Origin: an uncultured delta proteobacterium
Lineage (GTDB): Bacteria > Myxococcota_A > Polyangia > Polyangiales > Polyangiaceae
DNA length: 64,000 nucleotides
Assembly: GCA_963696385.1 (NCBI GenBank)
Contig: CAVOKF010000008.1
Span: 576,001 to 640,000 of the forward strand
Direction: 5' to 3'
Below, one piece after another: positions 59,716 to 64,000 of the stretch. The notes beneath the pieces are model-generated. The model made no database searches. It was not told the DNA's origin and was given only the letters and a program-made list of their open reading frames with translations. A program made the position numbers and the translations under genes. Every line of letters begins with the position of its first letter. Positions within the stretch are counted from its first letter, which is position 1.

Positions 59716-62164
59716 TTATTTCCCTGATGCACGCAATAACGCGGCTCTGTCCGTGAGTCGATCCCATCGGCTGCTGAGCTTTGCCGGCCGACTCGTCGGC
59801 TCCTCGTAAAGCCACGCGTGGCCATTGTACGCATGCGCCTTGACGATGCCGTGTTGCACCCAGCTCGTGAGAGTGGCTTCGTGGATCCCGAGACGAGCAG
59901 CGAGTTCCTTTTTGGTAAGTAGCCCCCGCGCGCGCAGACGATCGCGTCGCAGGTGGAGACCATAGGCGTGGACGATGTACTGCACCAGCAAGGCGGTGAA
60001 TCGCGCGCCGCCTTTGCCGGGGCGGGCCGCGCCACCAGGACGAAGCCCGCGTGCGTTGAGGATCTCGGCGATCTCGGCGTACAGATGATCGTCCAACAGC
60101 CGATCGACGAGCTCTACGATCGCGGTAGGGGTCTTGACTTTCTCGCAGGAGGGCTTCGGATTCAGGGTCGTAAGCGTAGTGGTTTGGCCGCCTCTGAAAC
60201 GGATATGGACCTTCGTGGTCCCATCGCACGGCAGCTTCACAAGGGTCGCGTCCTCGATGACGTAAGCGAGCATGCGCTTGCGCTCGCGGTTCGGCGTCGC
60301 CGGGTCCGACCACAGTTGCTTGAAGTCCGTCGTCATCGCCACGAGCCGCTCGCGAATCGCGTCGTCGATGACAATTTGATCCTCGCGTCGTAGGCGCTCT
60401 CGCTCGTCTCTTGCCTTCGCCAGGGTGCGAAGCTTCTCGTTCCAGTCCGCCTCGAGCGTGTCGGCAACGAGGCGGTTACCTGGGTCGACCATCATGAAGC
60501 GGCGCTGTGCGAGGTCGGCGTTGACCTGCGCTCGCTCGATCGCGCGACATCGCAGTTGGCTTCGTCGTATTCTAGATTCGATCTCTTTACGAATTTCGAG
60601 CGCCAATTCAATTGCGGCCGGAGTCATCTTCTCGACCAGCAGCGCGCCGACGGCTTCGTCGACCGGGGTCCCTGCGAGAGATTGACAGTGAGGCTGTCCG
60701 CGCGCATCGGTGGTGCGATCGCACACGTACCAGGACTCGAGCTTGCCTCGTACGTCCCTGTAGCGCGCACGCAGATGCTGCCCGCATCGTCCACAGACCG
60801 CGCGCCCCTGCAGGAGCGCGATGCCCTTGCGAGGCGGCGATGCGCGCGCGGCGTCGTACTCGTGACCATTCGAGGCGAGCAGTCTGAGATTCTCCTGATA
60901 GCGATCCCAGGTGATATACCCCGGATGGGCGTTCGGAATGCACCCATGCCAGTCGCTCTCCGCGCGCTTTCGGTAAGTCTTCTTCCCCTCGATCGTGCGG
61001 ACCGATAAACGCCGTCCGTAGGTATAGGCGCCGGCATATCGCGGATTGCGGAGAGTCCGCATCGCCGCCGACGCAGTGAGCGGGCGGAAGATCACTTCCG
61101 AAGCTGGCCCGCGGAGGCGTGACGGGAAGCGAGGCTTCTCGTGCCGGAACGCTTTCACCGTCTGATGCGCCGAGCCGACGCGCGCGAAGGTCTCGAAGAA
61201 GTGAACGATCGTCTCCCGTACCTGCACGTCCGGATCGAGGACAACGGCACCCGTCTCGTCGTAGGCGAAACCGGTTGGCAGGACACATCGATACTCCCCC
61301 CGCCGCACCTTGTCCAGAATCCCGCCGCGCAATCTTGCCTTCAGGACGTGAAGCTCCGCTTCGCTCATCGTTCCCTTGTGTCCAAGAAGGAGACGATCGT
61401 TGAAGTTCGTCGGATCGTACACACCGTCCTCGTCAAGGATAAGCGTGTTCGCGCAGAGCGCCGATCTCGAGTGTTGCCGTGCGCGCTATTTGCACCAATC
61501 TCCACCGGTCTGGATGATCGCGAATTACGCAATGCCATGCGAACGTCGCGGTGGGTAATTTGAAACGATCTCCGGACGATCCATGGGGCTACCGCGCCGA
61601 AGGGCGACATCGCGTGCCTGAGGCAACGGCGGCTTGGTTTGCTCGTCTTCGGGTGCCGTTCCGGGCACCCTACGACCGAGCGCTTGAAAATCGGCGCGGT
61701 CACCGTCGTTTCCGACGTTCGCTGCGCGCCCACTTTTGCGCACTCTGCGTGATCCCGATCACTCGGCTGCGCGATCCTTTGGATCACCAAGCGGGCGCGA
61801 AATCGGATGCAGATCGACCAACCAGTGCAGGCGTTAACACGCAACGATGCCAGTCGGCGTTGTTTCTCGCAAGCCTCGAGACCTCGAGGCCCATCACGAT
61901 GCCGGCGCGACCGAGTCCGACATCCGTCACGAGCCTCCGAAATCCTTCGCGCCATGCCGCAGATGCACCCGACTCTCCTTGGTCGGAATCGATGACAACG
62001 ATCCGGTCGTCGGCCCATCCGATCGCTGTCGCGCGAGCGCGAAGTGCGCATTGCCGCTTGGTACTCTCGACGTTCTCTATTACCTGCTTCATCGAGGACT
62101 GTCGGATATACAGATATGCGTGACGCTCAAGGTGTTGCGATTGAACTTTGCGTGATTCGTTCAT
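59716..62164 (-). pseudogene. Large serine recombinase, split by an internal insertion and a frameshift
   Basis: N-terminal part AYLYIRQSS...LEVSRLARNNADWHR (62164-61844) resumes as LEI..L/..TLILDEDGVYDPTNFNDRLLLGHKGTMSEAEL (from 61471); Zn ribbon CGRCG. Confidence 0.88.
61472..61839. mobile_element. 368-bp non-coding insertion with TGTT...AACA termini (IS21-like derivative or MITE)
   Basis: Interrupts the recombinase between HR and LEI. Imperfect terminal IR TGTTGCCGTGCGCGCT vs TGTTAACGCCTGCACT; internal GATCAC repeats. Confidence 0.55.
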
Positions 62165-62570
62165 GAAACCTCCGCTGGGTGGATCTCATCGCCATCTCGG
62201 CGAAGAGGCGAATGACGGCGCGCTGCTCGCCATCGGCGGTCGACGTCGCAAAGAAAGATGACGTCGGCCGCAAGGGCGTGCTCGGGACGGCCGCCGCCTG
62301 GGCCCATCCCCACATACCTCGTCGAAGAAAAAGAGCGAGGCCGCTCCTCGCGTCGAGGGGCAGCCCCTCGCCGAGCTTCTCGAGTCGATGGAAGGGAACG
62401 CCCGCGCCGTAGTGCATCACGGCGATCATGCAGCGGCGACAACGGCCGCGTGAACAAGTCCACCGCGGTCCTCGCAGCCCGAACGCGGCCGGCTCCCCGT
62501 CTACCCGTAGTCGACCCCGCACGCGAAGGTCACGACGGGATCGCCCGGACGCCTACCCCTGGACGTTAGG
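62161..62570 (-). mobile_element. Truncated accessory ORF of the recombinase element fused to IS66 remnants
   Basis: RSGLALFLRRGMWGWAQA...IRLFAEMAM precedes the recombinase. MIAVMHYGAGVPFHRLEKL is IS66 TnpC-like. GGATCGCCCGGACGCCTAC resembles an IS66 right end. Confidence 0.55.
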
Positions 62571-62618
62571 TGGCAGCCGTGGCACACAAGCGGCCGCGGA
62601 AGCCACGAGGAGGCATCG

Positions 62619-63861
62619 GTGACGAAGGCGTACTCAGAAATCGCAGTTTGCAGGCTCAGTGGCAGCCGAAATCTAACGCCAGTGCTAAATCTCGGGCAAC
62701 AGGCGCTTACTGGAATCTTTCCACGGACCCCTGAGGAGATCGTAACGGAAGGCCCGCTCGAGCTAGTCTGGTGCGCCGATAGTGGGCTCTTGCAACTGCG
62801 GCATTCGTATTTGCCAGAGGAGATGTATGGCGATAACTATGGATATCGCTCCGGACTAAATCAGTTCCATGGTCGCTCACTTGACTCAAAAGGCGGCGTT
62901 TCTGGAGCGCCTGGCAGCGCTGAGGAGCGGCGATGTTGTTCTTGACATTGGCAGTAATGACAGCACGTTGTTGCGATCTTATTCTCGCACTCATCTGCGC
63001 AAAATCGGAATCGATCCAACCGGAGCCAAATTTCGGGAATATTACCCCGACGACGTACTCTTGGTGCCGGAATTTTTCTCGGTCGATGCCTATCGTCGTG
63101 TATCGTCGACGCAGGCAAAGGTCGTCACATCCGTGGCAATGTTCTATGATTTGGAGAACCCAGTCTCGTTCGCACAGCAGGTGGCGTCGGTGCTTGCGTC
63201 GGATGGACTCTGGCACTTCGAGCAAAGTTACATGCCGTCGATGCTTCGGATGAATTCATATGATACCATTTGTCATGAGCATTTGGAATATTATTCACTC
63301 GGGGTCGTTATTAAAATATTGGCGGCCGCCAGTCTCGAACCTGTGGACGTCGTTATGAATGCGGTGAACGGTGGCAGCTTCGCTGTAACAGCGACGCACA
63401 AGGCCAACAAGAGCATCCCGCGCAATTGGACTGTCGTAGACTGGCTTCTTCATCAGGAAGATAGAATGGGGCTCAATACTCCGCGACCGTACCGCGACTT
63501 CGAGGAGCGGGTATTCCGTCATCGACATGATTTGACGCGCCTAATTCGGACCCTTGTTGCGGACAAGAAAACGATCCTCGGGTATGGCGCTTCGACCAAA
63601 GGCAACGTCGTGCTTCAATTTTGCTCATTGGGACCGCAAGAGATTCCTGCTATTGCTGAGATGAATCCAGACAAGTTCGGACACGTTACGCCCGGCACCC
63701 ATATCCCAATTGTTCCGGAGGCCGACGCGCGAAAAATGAAGCCTGATTACTTTCTAGTCCTTCCGTGGCATTTTAAGGAGGGCATTCTACATCGGGAACG
63801 AGAATATCTGGCTGACGGCGGACGCATGATTTTTCCATTCCCGGAAATAGAAATAATCTAA
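62619..63861 (+). CDS. NDP-sugar C-methyltransferase family protein, with one apparent frameshift near 62864
   Basis: CRLSGS..L..VLNLGQQAL...YGYRSGLNQ / SMVAHL...VLDIGSNDS...YDTICHEHLEYY...GYGASTKGN...PGTHIPI. GGAGG RBS. Removing one T joins the frames. Confidence 0.85.
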
Positions 63862-63876
63862 TGCACGAGCGTGTCC

Positions 63877-63999
63877 TTAGTATCCCGTTGCGCCTCGTGA
63901 GCTTTGAGACTTATCTGGGGAATACGCCCGCACCTTCTTGAAATCGCGAAGTAGCAGCTCGGGCGCAACGCATGTCGTCGTCAGAACAGCCTCAGTGTC
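63877..63999 (-). CDS. Possible 3' end of a gene entering from the right edge
   Basis: Open frame DTEAVLTTTCVAPELLLRDFKKVRAYSPDKSQSSRGATGY*; no recognisable motif. Confidence 0.25.
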   Translation of the reverse strand, partial: DTEAVLTTTCVAPELLLRDFKKVRAYSPDKSQSSRGATGY

Positions 64000-64000
64000 C

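Noticed and set aside
1..64000. CRISPR arrays, tRNA or rRNA genes
   Set aside because: No regularly spaced repeats or recognisable structural RNA motifs were seen in intergenic gaps by eye; a covariance-model scan was not run.

Overview
High-GC bacterial DNA, probably Myxococcota (Polyangiales-like). That assignment is inferred from gene content: a DUF4388-like/J-domain protein, a Pro-rich membrane Ser/Thr kinase, a Uma2 family protein, myxobacterial-style lipoproteins, and a fused Wzc next to a TPR-bearing O-antigen-ligase-like protein. Left half (1-27 kb): the start of a chaperone operon (helical-repeat protein, J-domain, GrpE-like); a small decayed toxin/antitoxin islet (Uma2, MNT with truncated HEPN, Fic, IS91 remnant); an ABC exporter; a ~1960-aa secreted multidomain propeller/glycosidase-like protein; lipoproteins; a four-gene radical SAM/SPASM operon; then murB, hrpB and a kinase. 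Right half (27-64 kb): a large surface-polysaccharide locus mixing Wzc/Wzy-type and Wzm/Wzt-type components. It has many glycosyltransferases, an AsnB-like amidotransferase, two paralogous GT-like/methyltransferase fusions, one intact IS1634 and a nested set of IS and recombinase remnants. The best candidate for an undescribed system is the GTGA-coupled operon at 18337-20898. It encodes a membrane protein, an 80-aa 'RxGxxxNCSS'+TM peptide, a radical SAM/SPASM enzyme and a second membrane protein, and looks like a maturation system for a membrane-anchored peptide. Several single-base frameshifts in short homopolymers may be sequencing errors. All calls come from reading motifs by eye; no searches were run.
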